Source of the DNA: a virus | Taxonomy: Duplodnaviria > Caudoviricetes | Virus record (IMG/VR): IMGVR_UViG_3300030419_008000 | Location: 1 to 60,947 of that record | Direction: 5' to 3' (one strand) | DNA length: 60,947 nucleotides | Part shown: positions 1-9,355 of the stretch, piece by piece | Numbering within the stretch: the first letter of the stretch is position 1 | Layout of the letters: each line of letters begins with the position of its first letter | The notes under the pieces: model-generated | Seen by the model: the letters and a program-made list of their open reading frames with translations, nothing else | Told to the model about the DNA's origin: nothing | Database searches by the model: none | Made by a program: the position numbers and the translations under genes

Positions 1-590
1 ATTCGCCCTTCAGGATCTAAGGTTTGGTTGGTCTTGTGAATATCCCCAAGAAAACCAAAATCATGATCATTAAAAATAGTGATATCATGTTCGCCACTCT
101 CCATTACCCAGCCAGTATCAGTCTTTACTCCGGAAATTGAGCCGTGGTAAAGTGCAATATTAATTGCATTAGGATCGCTAGGTGTAATCCAATTGTCTTC
201 ATCAAAAACCGACAAGACATTCAAACAGTAATTATCATCCAGCTTGACTTCTCCAGAATCTTTTAGCAAATAAAGGTTCTGCAAGTCTAGCGCGTCCACA
301 ATAGGCGTGAGTGCATCCTGGCGACTGCTGTTTTTTAGATTGCCGTCATGATTTCCCAATATGACATATGTAGGCGCAATTGTTGCTAAATTTCGAAAGA
401 AATCAGAACACATCTCTACAAACTCTGGTGAGATTTGTGTCTTTGTGTGGGCGATGTCGCCGCAGTGAATGATATAATCGACCTTTTCTTCTCTCAATTT
501 TTGATATAATTGATCGAAAACAATCCGATATTCGTAATGATACTTTAAATTTTTGATATGAGTATCTGCAATATGAGCAAACTTAGGCAC
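1..590 (-). CDS. SbcD/Mre11/gp47-like metallophosphoesterase (recombination nuclease subunit), runs off the left edge
   Basis: Absent from the ORF track and translated by hand from GTG at 590: MPKFAHIADTHIK...HCGDIAH...ILGNHD...LYHG...FLGDIH, the five calcineurin-like phosphoesterase motifs. AGGGGG Shine-Dalgarno (SD) at 595-600. Confidence 0.88.
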   Translation of the reverse strand, partial: MPKFAHIADTHIKNLKYHYEYRIVFDQLYQKLREEKVDYIIHCGDIAHTKTQISPEFVEMCSDFFRNLATIAPTYVILGNHDGNLKNSSRQDALTPIVDALDLQNLYLLKDSGEVKLDDNYCLNVLSVFDEDNWITPSDPNAINIALYHGSISGVKTDTGWVMESGEHDITIFNDHDFGFLGDIHKTNQTLDPEGR

Positions 591-621
591 ACGTCCCCCT
601 TAAAACACAAGTGTATGTTTT

Positions 622-650
622 AATATATCCTATTATTCAACTTTTGTCAA
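622..650 (-). promoter_or_regulatory. sigma70-type promoter TTGACA-N17-TATATT upstream of the SbcD-like gene
   Basis: Minus strand has -35 TTGACA at 645-650, a 17-nt spacer and -10 TATATT at 622-627. The hexamers are identical to the promoter at 58142-58170. Confidence 0.8.
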
Positions 651-1207
651 GCGGTTTCTTCATATGATGCATATACAGCATCTGTGAATAGTTCTGCCAA
701 ATCTTCTTTTGACATTCCCGACATTTTTGCCCTGTGGACTGCGTTTTGCATGACTTCATTAACCGCAGCTTCGTCCTCTACGTCCAAACGACGCTTGGGA
801 TAATCAATCATAGGCTCGTTTTCAGGACCAAACCCAAACTCAGGATCGTCCATTTCTCTTAAAATTTGTGCAATTTGTCTTTTTAAATCTTCTCTAAAAC
901 CCATTCTACCTTGAGTCGTGGCACACATAGCATCAAGCATGCCAGCCTCGTCAAATATGCCAGTAAGCGTTCCTAGGGCCTCCTGAGCCTCCTCTGGCGC
1001 TTGCTCGCCTAATGTCATGAGCGTGTTCACAAGGTTAACTGCTAGCTCTCCAACGTCCGGTAAGGCGGTTTCATCGGGAACTATTGGGGGATCCATGGAC
1101 CAATTGCCGCCAGGAGACAACTCTACGTTGTCTTCAGACAAAGATTTTCTAACATTGCTTACTTCTTCTCGTAAAAGAGCAAGCAATGCAGATTCTTTCA
1201 TTTTCAT
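647..1207 (-). CDS. acidic hypothetical protein (186 aa), possible head-internal protein
   Basis: ORF track; overlaps the upstream gene by 4 nt. Carries amphipathic motifs KESALLALLREE and DLKRQIAQILRE resembling those of the neighbouring ORF. Confidence 0.7.
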   Translation of the reverse strand: MKMKESALLALLREEVSNVRKSLSEDNVELSPGGNWSMDPPIVPDETALPDVGELAVNLVNTLMTLGEQAPEEAQEALGTLTGIFDEAGMLDAMCATTQGRMGFREDLKRQIAQILREMDDPEFGFGPENEPMIDYPKRRLDVEDEAAVNEVMQNAVHRAKMSGMSKEDLAELFTDAVYASYEETA

Positions 1208-1503
1208 AGATTAAGCAATTCCCTGCGAATTAAGTCTTTAAGAGACTCGTTTTTAGGCTTGTCGGTGTCGTCGTCGCCCTTCTTGCCCTTTTCAGCCTCT
1301 TTTTCGGCTTCTTTTTCGGCTTCTGCTTTTCTAGCTGCTGCAGCTCTGGCGCCTACGCCACGCTCCCTAGTTCTCTCTCGATGGGAAGGGCCGGGCTTTG
1401 CACCAGCATATGCCTCTTCAAGATCGGACTCCTCTGCAGTGTCCGTAGCTTTTTCTAGCTCTTCCATAATAATTTCGCGTAGTCTAGCTTTAGTAATTTT
1501 CAT
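1204..1503 (-). CDS. small charged hypothetical protein (99 aa), possible head-internal protein
   Basis: MKITKARLREIIMEE at the N-terminus and SLKDLIRRE at the C-terminus. GAGG SD; candidate late promoter at 1550-1556. Confidence 0.7.
   Translation of the reverse strand: MKITKARLREIIMEELEKATDTAEESDLEEAYAGAKPGPSHRERTRERGVGARAAAARKAEAEKEAEKEAEKGKKGDDDTDKPKNESLKDLIRRELLNL
1289..1324. repeat. 3 x 12-bp in-frame tandem repeat encoding (EAEK)3
   Basis: ttttcagcctct / ttttcggcttct / ttttcggcttct. Confidence 0.85.
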
Positions 1504-1522
1504 AACATGTCCTCATATAGCG

Positions 1523-2455
1523 TTATATAGCGTTAAGCGCTTCGTATAATAAATAGTTGTCGATTTTTATAAATGCAGCATTTTCTTTACGAATCTTAAA
1601 TTGCTCTTTTGTCATTTCACCAACATCATCAAACTCTGATATGTCCACTTTATAAAGTTCGACATCATACTGCATAAACATTTTCGCTATCTTATTTTCT
1701 TTTTGCTTGGCATCTGGGTCTAAGGCAAGATAAACCGCAGTGTCTCGACGCACAATTTCTTTAAAAAGTTTTGAATCTTCACGCAAAGATGACCCCAAAA
1801 GCGGCACAGCATTTTCTGCTACAATTGCGTCGAAAACACCTTCAACAATACACAAATCACTATTCCAATCAACGTAAAGCTCATTAAACAAAATATTATT
1901 ACTTACCGGTGGATTCAAGTAGCGCTTCCAATGATTAGCATATGTTCTGCTAACGAAATAATTTACGTCTCCACTTTCATTAAATGATGGAATAATTATT
2001 CGATTTTCATAAACGCCAGAAGAACAATACCCAATTTTCCATTTTAAAATATCGTTTTTTGTAATTTTGCGCTCTTTGAGATATTTTAATGCTGGGCGTG
2101 CAGTAATTGGCAAATTGTTATTTGCTAACGATATAAACTCTTTTGGCAATTCCACCACCTGCTCAATAATCGGCTCAGACTCAGAATCAAAAATAGAATC
2201 AAATGAACTTAGATCAACCTCGTCTGTTAATTGATCCCAGGCTTGGCGCTGTTTAAATGTTCCAAAACGTCGAACAATGCGTCTTAAATTGCGACCTCTT
2301 GTATCACATATCCAGCATTTGAATACATTCTTATTAATGTTTACAGAAAATTTATACTTAGAATGATTACAGTACGGACAACGAAAAAGATGTTCATCAT
2401 TTGACTTTTTGGATCGGCCAAGAACATCAGTTATAATTTGAAGTTTTTCTTGCAT
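1523..2455 (-). CDS. DNA primase (zinc finger + TOPRIM)
   Basis: CPYC...CWIC zinc finger, RIIIP, TOPRIM motifs IVEGVFDA and LALDPDA, and DVGEM. Confidence 0.92.
   Translation of the reverse strand: MQEKLQIITDVLGRSKKSNDEHLFRCPYCNHSKYKFSVNINKNVFKCWICDTRGRNLRRIVRRFGTFKQRQAWDQLTDEVDLSSFDSIFDSESEPIIEQVVELPKEFISLANNNLPITARPALKYLKERKITKNDILKWKIGYCSSGVYENRIIIPSFNESGDVNYFVSRTYANHWKRYLNPPVSNNILFNELYVDWNSDLCIVEGVFDAIVAENAVPLLGSSLREDSKLFKEIVRRDTAVYLALDPDAKQKENKIAKMFMQYDVELYKVDISEFDDVGEMTKEQFKIRKENAAFIKIDNYLLYEALNAI
1550..1556 (-). promoter_or_regulatory. candidate late promoter CTATTTA
   Basis: One copy of the recurrent CTA(A/T)TTA motif, ~47 nt upstream of the 99-aa ORF. Confidence 0.5.
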
Positions 2456-2469
2456 TAATACAGTCTAAC

Positions 2470-3021
2470 TTATTTGCTAGATGATGTCAATAAAAATCCC
2501 GCCTTTGCAATTATTAATGAATCCGCACGATCATATGTGTCGGGTTTTGGATTTCCATGCTTTGTTTGTTCAAAAACAAAAGAAGGCTCTGTATCAATTA
2601 TATGTTGTAGGACTACATCTTTAGCTCTGTTCCCTCTGGGAACTTTAATACCACACATTTTTCTTGCCGTAGTGGCTGCGACATATTCTGGCTTAATTCT
2701 GAAGTAGTTGAAACATACCCAGGAAACGACCCCATTGAACCGCGATAATGTAGAAAGTGTTTTTGCCGAAGAAAAGCCGCTTCTAAAAGATTGGAGCGAC
2801 TGCTCGATAAATATATGCCTAATGCCGACACTGTTAACGTTGTTAAGGTGATCGCCATAATTTCCATAAACATGTTTTATTCTCTCCTTTATAAATTCTG
2901 CTTTGTCAAAAAAATCTTTAAACTTTCTCGTATCCCACGCTTCGTTGAAAATAACTTTTCCACTATTGTCCAACAACGTTGCGCCAGTGATGCTGGTTGA
3001 AACATCTAATCCTAAAATCAT
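2470..3021 (-). CDS. RuvC-like Holliday junction resolvase
   Basis: RNase H-fold catalytic pattern ILGLDVS...FIEQ...DRADS. Confidence 0.82.
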   Translation of the reverse strand: MILGLDVSTSITGATLLDNSGKVIFNEAWDTRKFKDFFDKAEFIKERIKHVYGNYGDHLNNVNSVGIRHIFIEQSLQSFRSGFSSAKTLSTLSRFNGVVSWVCFNYFRIKPEYVAATTARKMCGIKVPRGNRAKDVVLQHIIDTEPSFVFEQTKHGNPKPDTYDRADSLIIAKAGFLLTSSSK

Positions 3022-4491
3022 TTATATGTCCAGTTTTATTTTAAAAGTATAGTCTCTATTCTCCAATTTTTTAACAGGTTTTGCGACTGAGGCAATTGCT
3101 ATTAATCTTTCATCCTCGTCATAAATTCCGATTTTAGTAATAAATGTTTGTTTTCCAAAACTTGCTGTCGCATCAAGCACTGAAGAAGACACAGTATTTT
3201 TAATTTTAATATCAGTTTGTTCTCTATATCTAATGTTTGATTTTCTGGGTTTTCGAAAATTTGCAGCTGAGCTGTGGGTTAAATAAGTCACATTGTTTGA
3301 ATAATTCAATTTACCTTTTGGCGCATGCGCAAACATGGTTAATGTCGGAACGTATGTTGTGCCCTGAAAGGAGAAGTTGTAACTTGCTGATACACGATTG
3401 TAGGCGCCCGGGCTGGTTGAGCCATTGTTTTGTGAACCAGTGCCGTCGTTAGCGCCAACACCAAAGAACAACCAAGATGATGTCACAGCGTTGCTGGAAA
3501 AACTTGCGTTTGTGTTTTTGTAATCCAGTTTGTGCCTCGGTGAACCGCTGCCATCATCGTTAGCATTTCCCAAATCCCAGCTGCCTGTCAATAGTACAAT
3601 TCCTTCGTTGTACATGATAACGCCAGCTGTAGATCCAGATCCAACACTTCCGGTTGGACCTACTTGAACTAAGGTACCGTTTTGTCTTTCATCTCTCAAT
3701 TCTCCAATTAAAGTGCCTGTGATATAATATCTTAAATTTACAGAGCCTCTTTTTATTGTTGATCCATAAAAGATAGACGGTATACTAATCATATTAACCG
3801 GGTGGGTCAAAAAGTCTCTCGTTTCTCCGTTATATGTTACCCGATCCTCAAGCGAAGGACGAGCATTATCGTCAGATCGCTGAAAAGAAAAATATGGCGA
3901 TAAAGGCGCGTAACTGTTTATGACATTTCTTAAAGCCCTAATGTGCTTTCTACACTTGTTATCGTCACAATCATCTTCAGGATAAAATTTTCTATGAATG
4001 CTTGAAGTCATGACTGCGTTACCAGTCACTGCCAATGTCCATCGATCAGCTTCCGCCGTAGAAGCTTCCGGAGTTTCTGTATAATCAGTAATGCGGCTGC
4101 GAAAATCTTCAGGAGATATATTTTTAAATTTTACGCCTAGGCCGTCTGAATTAGCCATAACATAAGGTGTGATTAAATTATTTTTTAATACACGATCACC
4201 GGAGGGGCCAACCCACGCTATATGGCGCTGGTCAACAAGCTCAGCCAGAACAAACTTCTCATCATGAACTCGATCGATATTATATTCATGTAACGATATG
4301 AACCCTGAGCCGCTAATGCTTCCGCTGAATGGGCCCTGTGTGCATGAATAAATATTTTCTGTGTTTTCGCCCTGCTCTAAAGTGCGGTTATTATAAAAAA
4401 TTTTAGAATCCCAAATAAAAAACTCACAACGAGGATGAGCTTTTATTTGATTTTTAATAATATCGCCGGCCTGGAATTTTAATTTCGGCAT
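3022..4491 (-). CDS. virion structural protein (489 aa) with tail-collar-like C-terminus
   Basis: C-terminal FITKIGIYDEDERLIAIASVAKPVKK...FKIKLDI is shared with the adjacent 375-aa paralog. Ser/Gly/Thr-rich; tail module context. Confidence 0.65.
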   Translation of the reverse strand: MPKLKFQAGDIIKNQIKAHPRCEFFIWDSKIFYNNRTLEQGENTENIYSCTQGPFSGSISGSGFISLHEYNIDRVHDEKFVLAELVDQRHIAWVGPSGDRVLKNNLITPYVMANSDGLGVKFKNISPEDFRSRITDYTETPEASTAEADRWTLAVTGNAVMTSSIHRKFYPEDDCDDNKCRKHIRALRNVINSYAPLSPYFSFQRSDDNARPSLEDRVTYNGETRDFLTHPVNMISIPSIFYGSTIKRGSVNLRYYITGTLIGELRDERQNGTLVQVGPTGSVGSGSTAGVIMYNEGIVLLTGSWDLGNANDDGSGSPRHKLDYKNTNASFSSNAVTSSWLFFGVGANDGTGSQNNGSTSPGAYNRVSASYNFSFQGTTYVPTLTMFAHAPKGKLNYSNNVTYLTHSSAANFRKPRKSNIRYREQTDIKIKNTVSSSVLDATASFGKQTFITKIGIYDEDERLIAIASVAKPVKKLENRDYTFKIKLDI

Positions 4492-4502
4492 GCGAAGCCT
4501 CC

Positions 4503-5630
4503 TTAGTAGTCGAGCCTGACTCTAAGGGTAAGCTCGTTGACCGGCGTCTTTTTAAGGGGTTCTGATAATTTCGCTACGGCTAATAGCTCGTTCTGCTGAC
4601 TGTAGAGTCCGATGCCTGTGACGTATGACACTGGCTTATCTGTCGATTTCTGCTTTACGCGCAACTTACTAGCTGTCAAATACGTTGGGTTTGCACTGTA
4701 ATTGTACTCGTTATGATTAATTCTGCAGAAGTAAATTGTCGAGTGAAGTTCTGTAGTGTTGTTAAACTGGATGTTCTTAATTCTATTTCTCAGTCCGTTA
4801 CAAGATCCAGAAATTGAACCACTGACAAGCGATTTGCGTACAGATGCGTATGCGTCATTTCCATCGCCTGCAAGAGCGGAGCCAAAATATGCATCGGCTG
4901 CGACATCGGCAAGACCTTGATGGTCGCTAGTATCGCCATGCGAGTCGGCGCCGACTGAACCAGATGAGAAAAGAGAGGCAGTCAAAACACAAATACCAGC
5001 TTGATAATAAATCAAACCTACTGGAACTTCGTCGCGACCAACATTTAGTGTGTCTTCAACATACAAGAATCCGTACTCGCCGGCTGGGGAATTTGATTTG
5101 TATGAGGTTATTGACCCTGAATCGCTTAGGGTTATCTCAGAAGCGCCATCAAACCCATGAGCGTAAGTTGATCCGGTGGCTACGACCATAGAGTATGATC
5201 CTTTTTTAATCTCATCTTTAACAAGCAAGCGAGAAAAACTAAGAAAGAAAACCTCTTTCATTTTGGTTCCACCGGCAATTATATTTCCGTCTTCATCAAA
5301 TTCTCTAATTGCACCCGTCTCATCATGCCCAACCAAAACTTGAGCCATTTGATTGTACATATTAATCTTTTTTGCGTTTTGGGTTGCGGTGCTAGCACTT
5401 AGATTAGAATTATTTGAATACCCAACTGATAAATCAAGAATATGATTCGCTGAAGAGCTTAAGTATGGGTAATCGTAAACTGATTGAAACATCCCATGCG
5501 AATAGTTTTTAATGTTGTTTTCGCTATATGTTCCAGAAACAATTGTTCCAGTTAATGGAATTGCCTCATGTAGTTGTGTTCGTGTTGAAATAATGTCGCT
5601 TGGTGTAAAGCTTTTATAAACTGATGCCAT
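4503..5630 (-). CDS. virion structural protein (375 aa) with tail-collar-like C-terminus
   Basis: YVTGIGLYSQQNELLAVAKLSEPLKK...LRVRLDY, IKKGS and GLIYYQAGICVL parallel the 489-aa ORF. Confidence 0.65.
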   Translation of the reverse strand: MASVYKSFTPSDIISTRTQLHEAIPLTGTIVSGTYSENNIKNYSHGMFQSVYDYPYLSSSANHILDLSVGYSNNSNLSASTATQNAKKINMYNQMAQVLVGHDETGAIREFDEDGNIIAGGTKMKEVFFLSFSRLLVKDEIKKGSYSMVVATGSTYAHGFDGASEITLSDSGSITSYKSNSPAGEYGFLYVEDTLNVGRDEVPVGLIYYQAGICVLTASLFSSGSVGADSHGDTSDHQGLADVAADAYFGSALAGDGNDAYASVRKSLVSGSISGSCNGLRNRIKNIQFNNTTELHSTIYFCRINHNEYNYSANPTYLTASKLRVKQKSTDKPVSYVTGIGLYSQQNELLAVAKLSEPLKKTPVNELTLRVRLDY

Positions 5631-5646
5631 ATTTTTATCCTGTTAA

Positions 5647-6549
5647 TTAACTTTTCTTTACAAATCGCAAAGGAATATCAATGCTGCTTCCAATAGTCAT
5701 TCCTTCTATTCTTAAGGTAGCGTCGAGACCTTTTGTAGAAACACCGGTGGCATATGTGCCTGCCGCTTCTGTGAATCCGATATTTGTAAACAATGTATCA
5801 CTTGATGCTAGATCTAATGAGGCTGCAATTCCTAAATCTAATCTAGTCCCTCTAGGGCCTCGAATCACTTGTGTTGTTTCGGATCGGGCTGTGTCATTTA
5901 TTGGCGCCCCGGGTACAATGTATGTGGCGATTTGATCATCGTCAATAAACGCGGGAGTCATTCTTACATTAGTTCGTGGATTTACCGGCGTGCCAAACCT
6001 TCTATCAAGCTTAACCATATAACGTGACTCAACCAAATCAGAAGGAATTGATCTTGATGGCGATAATTCAAAATCAGTATCAAGTCCAGAGTCAATTCTT
6101 ATATAGTTTGGGCCGGCCAGAGTGGAGCCGTATAATATTCCAGCAACTGTTGTTGAACTAGATGTTCCGCCAATTGCATCTTCAGTGTCTTTGTCAACAC
6201 AGACAACGAACGAACTGTTTGAATGCCTTTGGATCATTAAACCGAGTTCATTTAATTTAAGAACCGGCATATATAATATGTTAGTCCTTGGAATTGAAAC
6301 CAGTTTTGAATGTGCAAACGATGCATTATTAGTGAATGCTTCAAGTATCGGAGTTTGCAGAATTTGTATATCATAATAAGCGCTGCCGCTTGCGTGATTT
6401 ATGTCATAAAGCGTGTAGTCAATCTCGTCATCAAATGGAGCGAATTTTGCAATTCTAAAACTATTGTCGCCTTTTGCTAATCTAAATCTTCCAGTGTCGG
6501 TTAAGACTGCATCCAGTATGATGTCACCGGAATTATCTAAAAATGCCAT
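5647..6549 (-). CDS. virion structural protein (300 aa)
   Basis: N-terminus DAVLTDTGRFRLAKG..F.I.KFA..DDEIDY resembles the 355-aa ORF. GAGG SD and late-promoter motif upstream. Confidence 0.6.
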   Translation of the reverse strand: MAFLDNSGDIILDAVLTDTGRFRLAKGDNSFRIAKFAPFDDEIDYTLYDINHASGSAYYDIQILQTPILEAFTNNASFAHSKLVSIPRTNILYMPVLKLNELGLMIQRHSNSSFVVCVDKDTEDAIGGTSSSTTVAGILYGSTLAGPNYIRIDSGLDTDFELSPSRSIPSDLVESRYMVKLDRRFGTPVNPRTNVRMTPAFIDDDQIATYIVPGAPINDTARSETTQVIRGPRGTRLDLGIAASLDLASSDTLFTNIGFTEAAGTYATGVSTKGLDATLRIEGMTIGSSIDIPLRFVKKS

Positions 6550-6569
6550 TTTATTACCTCTTCATCCTA

Positions 6570-6576
6570 TAATTAG
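6570..6576 (-). promoter_or_regulatory. candidate late promoter CTAATTA
   Basis: Intergenic, ~21 nt upstream of the ATG at 6549. Confidence 0.6.
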
Positions 6577-6595
6577 TATCAAATATTAATAAACG

Positions 6596-9340
6596 CTATG
6601 TGTTTTCAAATTGAGTTACAACATGTTGCTTCTTAAATTCAAAGTTAATGTCAATCTTTCTGCCAGTGTCTTTTGAAGTCAGGCGAAGTTTGAATTTCTG
6701 ATCCCATATGGGGTCTTCTGCTACGCCCAGCTTTAAATCAATGTCCGGCGGATCATTGTTTATAATTAGTTCTTTTGCTGATTCTATTTCGTAAAATCTA
6801 CTAGAATATTCATCCATAACTACCTGACTAAATGTAGGTTTAATTTTAATCAATCTTTTGGCAGATTTTTTATATGTTCTGCCATCTGGAATTTCTAGTT
6901 CGATCACGTCAATCAGCGGAAATATGGAAACACCATCATCCACCAACTCAACTTCATACACTGGAGATGGGTACCCTGGGTTATCATGAATATCAATCGA
7001 TCTAACAACATAATAATATTTTCTATTTGCAACTATTTTATCGTCATAATCGATGGCCGAAGAATATTGAACTTCTCCGGTATTTTGCCAATTTGTTGAA
7101 ATAGTTTTATGCAATTTTCCTACAAAATCAGAATAATCTGGCCGTGTTGGCCTAACTGTAGTTCTATAAATTTCAAAAGCTTTTGGGTGATCGTCTGATT
7201 TATATAAGATTTCATTTGTATTACGCGAAACTGAACGCGCGGTTTTAAATCGTAAAATTACATCTGAGTCTGACTGCTCTAAAACTATTGGCTCTAAGCT
7301 TATTTCTCCAATTGCCCCTTTCATGAACAACTTAATTACATTAGATTTACCCCTGTATGGATAGATTGTAACATCGGGGGCAAGTGGTAGAGAATCAACA
7401 ATTGCTCCCTTTGATACCATGTAAGGAACTTCAAAAATTTGAATAGAAGGCGAAAGCACAACATTAAACTCTGCTATAAACTCATTTTGTTCATCAGTGT
7501 AGAAATACGTTGTTGTTCTTGTTCTTGTGTCGGTTTCGCTAAAATTGTATGGCAAACGCTGCTCAACAATCTCTTCAGTATCTACGTCGACCAATTCAAC
7601 ACACAACCTGGGCGGAAGGCCGGCTTCAGTGCGTTCTGGATCAGTTCTGCTAACAACGCGGCTGGTCGCTATTGATTCGTATCCATATTTTGAGCCAATA
7701 ACAATTTTATAAGCATAGACAATATAAGTATAGTTTTTGTCAAACTTTACCTGCGTATCTATAATGTCAACCAATTCAGTTTCATTTGTGTCCGGAACCC
7801 AGAAATTTTGAATCGGAGTTCTCGTCGCCGCTTGTGATTCAGTTAGTCGACCCTCAAATTTTGCAATTCTATACATAACTGTCTCAGCATATGCAGGGGC
7901 TCCATTTAGAATGTCATGATATTTTCTGTGTCTTTGTGATATAATGTCGCGAAGTTTCGCAGCAAAAATTATCATTAACATATTTTTATAAACTTCATAA
8001 TCTGCACTCATAGCGAGGCGTGTTTCCATAGACATGTTTCCAAACATTACAGATTCAGCATTAAATTCACCGGTACCCCTATTATAAAAGTCTTGCCACC
8101 ACGAAGTTAAATCAATAGTGCGTAAAGCTGCGTCCCTATCTGATATCGCAAATTGTTCTAAAGTGTCATCCGAAGCCAGGACCGGACGTGTAAAAACTTC
8201 TGTAAACGGAGTTTCGCGCACTGGCAGTTCGTCTGGCGATTCTTGAAAAAACGTTTCAAGCATATCTTTCATAAAGGAGGAAAAAAGATTTGTCTCCACA
8301 AAAAGATCTTTCAATTGCGAACTTTCACCAGTCGTTACATCAGCAGACCACATTTCTGAATCTTTTACAACCGTTTCTTCAGTACCAAACGATATTCTGG
8401 CATAGAACGGAAACAATACTGCATGATCATTATAATTGACTAAGCTCTTATATGCACCAACAGGATATAGTAAATTATAAAATCTAGAATCAAGCCTGTT
8501 AGTTAGCAATCTAGTTGCCTCTGTGGCACTAGCAATTGCAAACTTTCTCATATATTCCTTCATCGAAAAGAATTCGCCCTTAGTAAGATAGTAATCACCA
8601 GAGGTGCCATCAGGCATTATTTCTTGATCTATACGAAGAGCATATATAAAGCTCGTAGATATGACGCCATTTAAGGTTAAGTGATCAATAAAAATTGAAT
8701 CATTGAAATACCCTAAGCCCGTGCCTCTCCTTATCTCTCCAGAGCCGGCTTCAATTGTATCGTCAGACGCCATTAAAGCTGAGACAAAAGCATACATATT
8801 GGGCAGAACACGTTCAGAAACATAACCTTGAGTATACTCTTCGTATCCTGCTTGATAGTAATTGTATACATATTCCACATCGCCGGCCAATTGTCCTGCG
8901 CTGGCTTTAACGGCTTGCGATTCTCTGTTGTTTAGTGGCAGATCAATACCAAAAACATGATCCGAATATTCTGTACCAGCCTCAATATTTGATAACACAA
9001 TATCTCGCCACGCATCATCATCCTCAATTAATCCATCAGAATTGTCGCCAATGATTTTTACAGACAATCTGTAATTCATCCACAAAGGCTCGGTGCGTTC
9101 GGCGCTTTCTCCTACAATTACTCTTTTTATCACATGGCCAGATATATCATATTGAGGTGCATATGGAGATCCAATTATTGAATAATCGCCACCTAGAATT
9201 GGCGCACCGGTGGCATCAGAGCCATTAAATGCCAGCTCACCACCAGATATGTGCCAATACTTCTTTATCGCCTTGCGAAATAAGTCGGTTGGATCTTCGT
9301 AAAGTGTCGAGTCTATATATGTTCTTGCTTTAATACTCAT
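6596..9340 (-). CDS. large acidic hypothetical protein (914 aa), probably structural; possible FN3-like beta domains near the C-terminus
   Basis: ORF track. FEIYRT...YDDKIVANRKYYYVVRSID and DTQVKFDKNYTYIVYA are FN3/Ig-like strand patterns. Confidence 0.6.
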   Translation of the reverse strand: MSIKARTYIDSTLYEDPTDLFRKAIKKYWHISGGELAFNGSDATGAPILGGDYSIIGSPYAPQYDISGHVIKRVIVGESAERTEPLWMNYRLSVKIIGDNSDGLIEDDDAWRDIVLSNIEAGTEYSDHVFGIDLPLNNRESQAVKASAGQLAGDVEYVYNYYQAGYEEYTQGYVSERVLPNMYAFVSALMASDDTIEAGSGEIRRGTGLGYFNDSIFIDHLTLNGVISTSFIYALRIDQEIMPDGTSGDYYLTKGEFFSMKEYMRKFAIASATEATRLLTNRLDSRFYNLLYPVGAYKSLVNYNDHAVLFPFYARISFGTEETVVKDSEMWSADVTTGESSQLKDLFVETNLFSSFMKDMLETFFQESPDELPVRETPFTEVFTRPVLASDDTLEQFAISDRDAALRTIDLTSWWQDFYNRGTGEFNAESVMFGNMSMETRLAMSADYEVYKNMLMIIFAAKLRDIISQRHRKYHDILNGAPAYAETVMYRIAKFEGRLTESQAATRTPIQNFWVPDTNETELVDIIDTQVKFDKNYTYIVYAYKIVIGSKYGYESIATSRVVSRTDPERTEAGLPPRLCVELVDVDTEEIVEQRLPYNFSETDTRTRTTTYFYTDEQNEFIAEFNVVLSPSIQIFEVPYMVSKGAIVDSLPLAPDVTIYPYRGKSNVIKLFMKGAIGEISLEPIVLEQSDSDVILRFKTARSVSRNTNEILYKSDDHPKAFEIYRTTVRPTRPDYSDFVGKLHKTISTNWQNTGEVQYSSAIDYDDKIVANRKYYYVVRSIDIHDNPGYPSPVYEVELVDDGVSIFPLIDVIELEIPDGRTYKKSAKRLIKIKPTFSQVVMDEYSSRFYEIESAKELIINNDPPDIDLKLGVAEDPIWDQKFKLRLTSKDTGRKIDINFEFKKQHVVTQFENT

Positions 9341-9355
9341 TTAATTATTCTTTGA

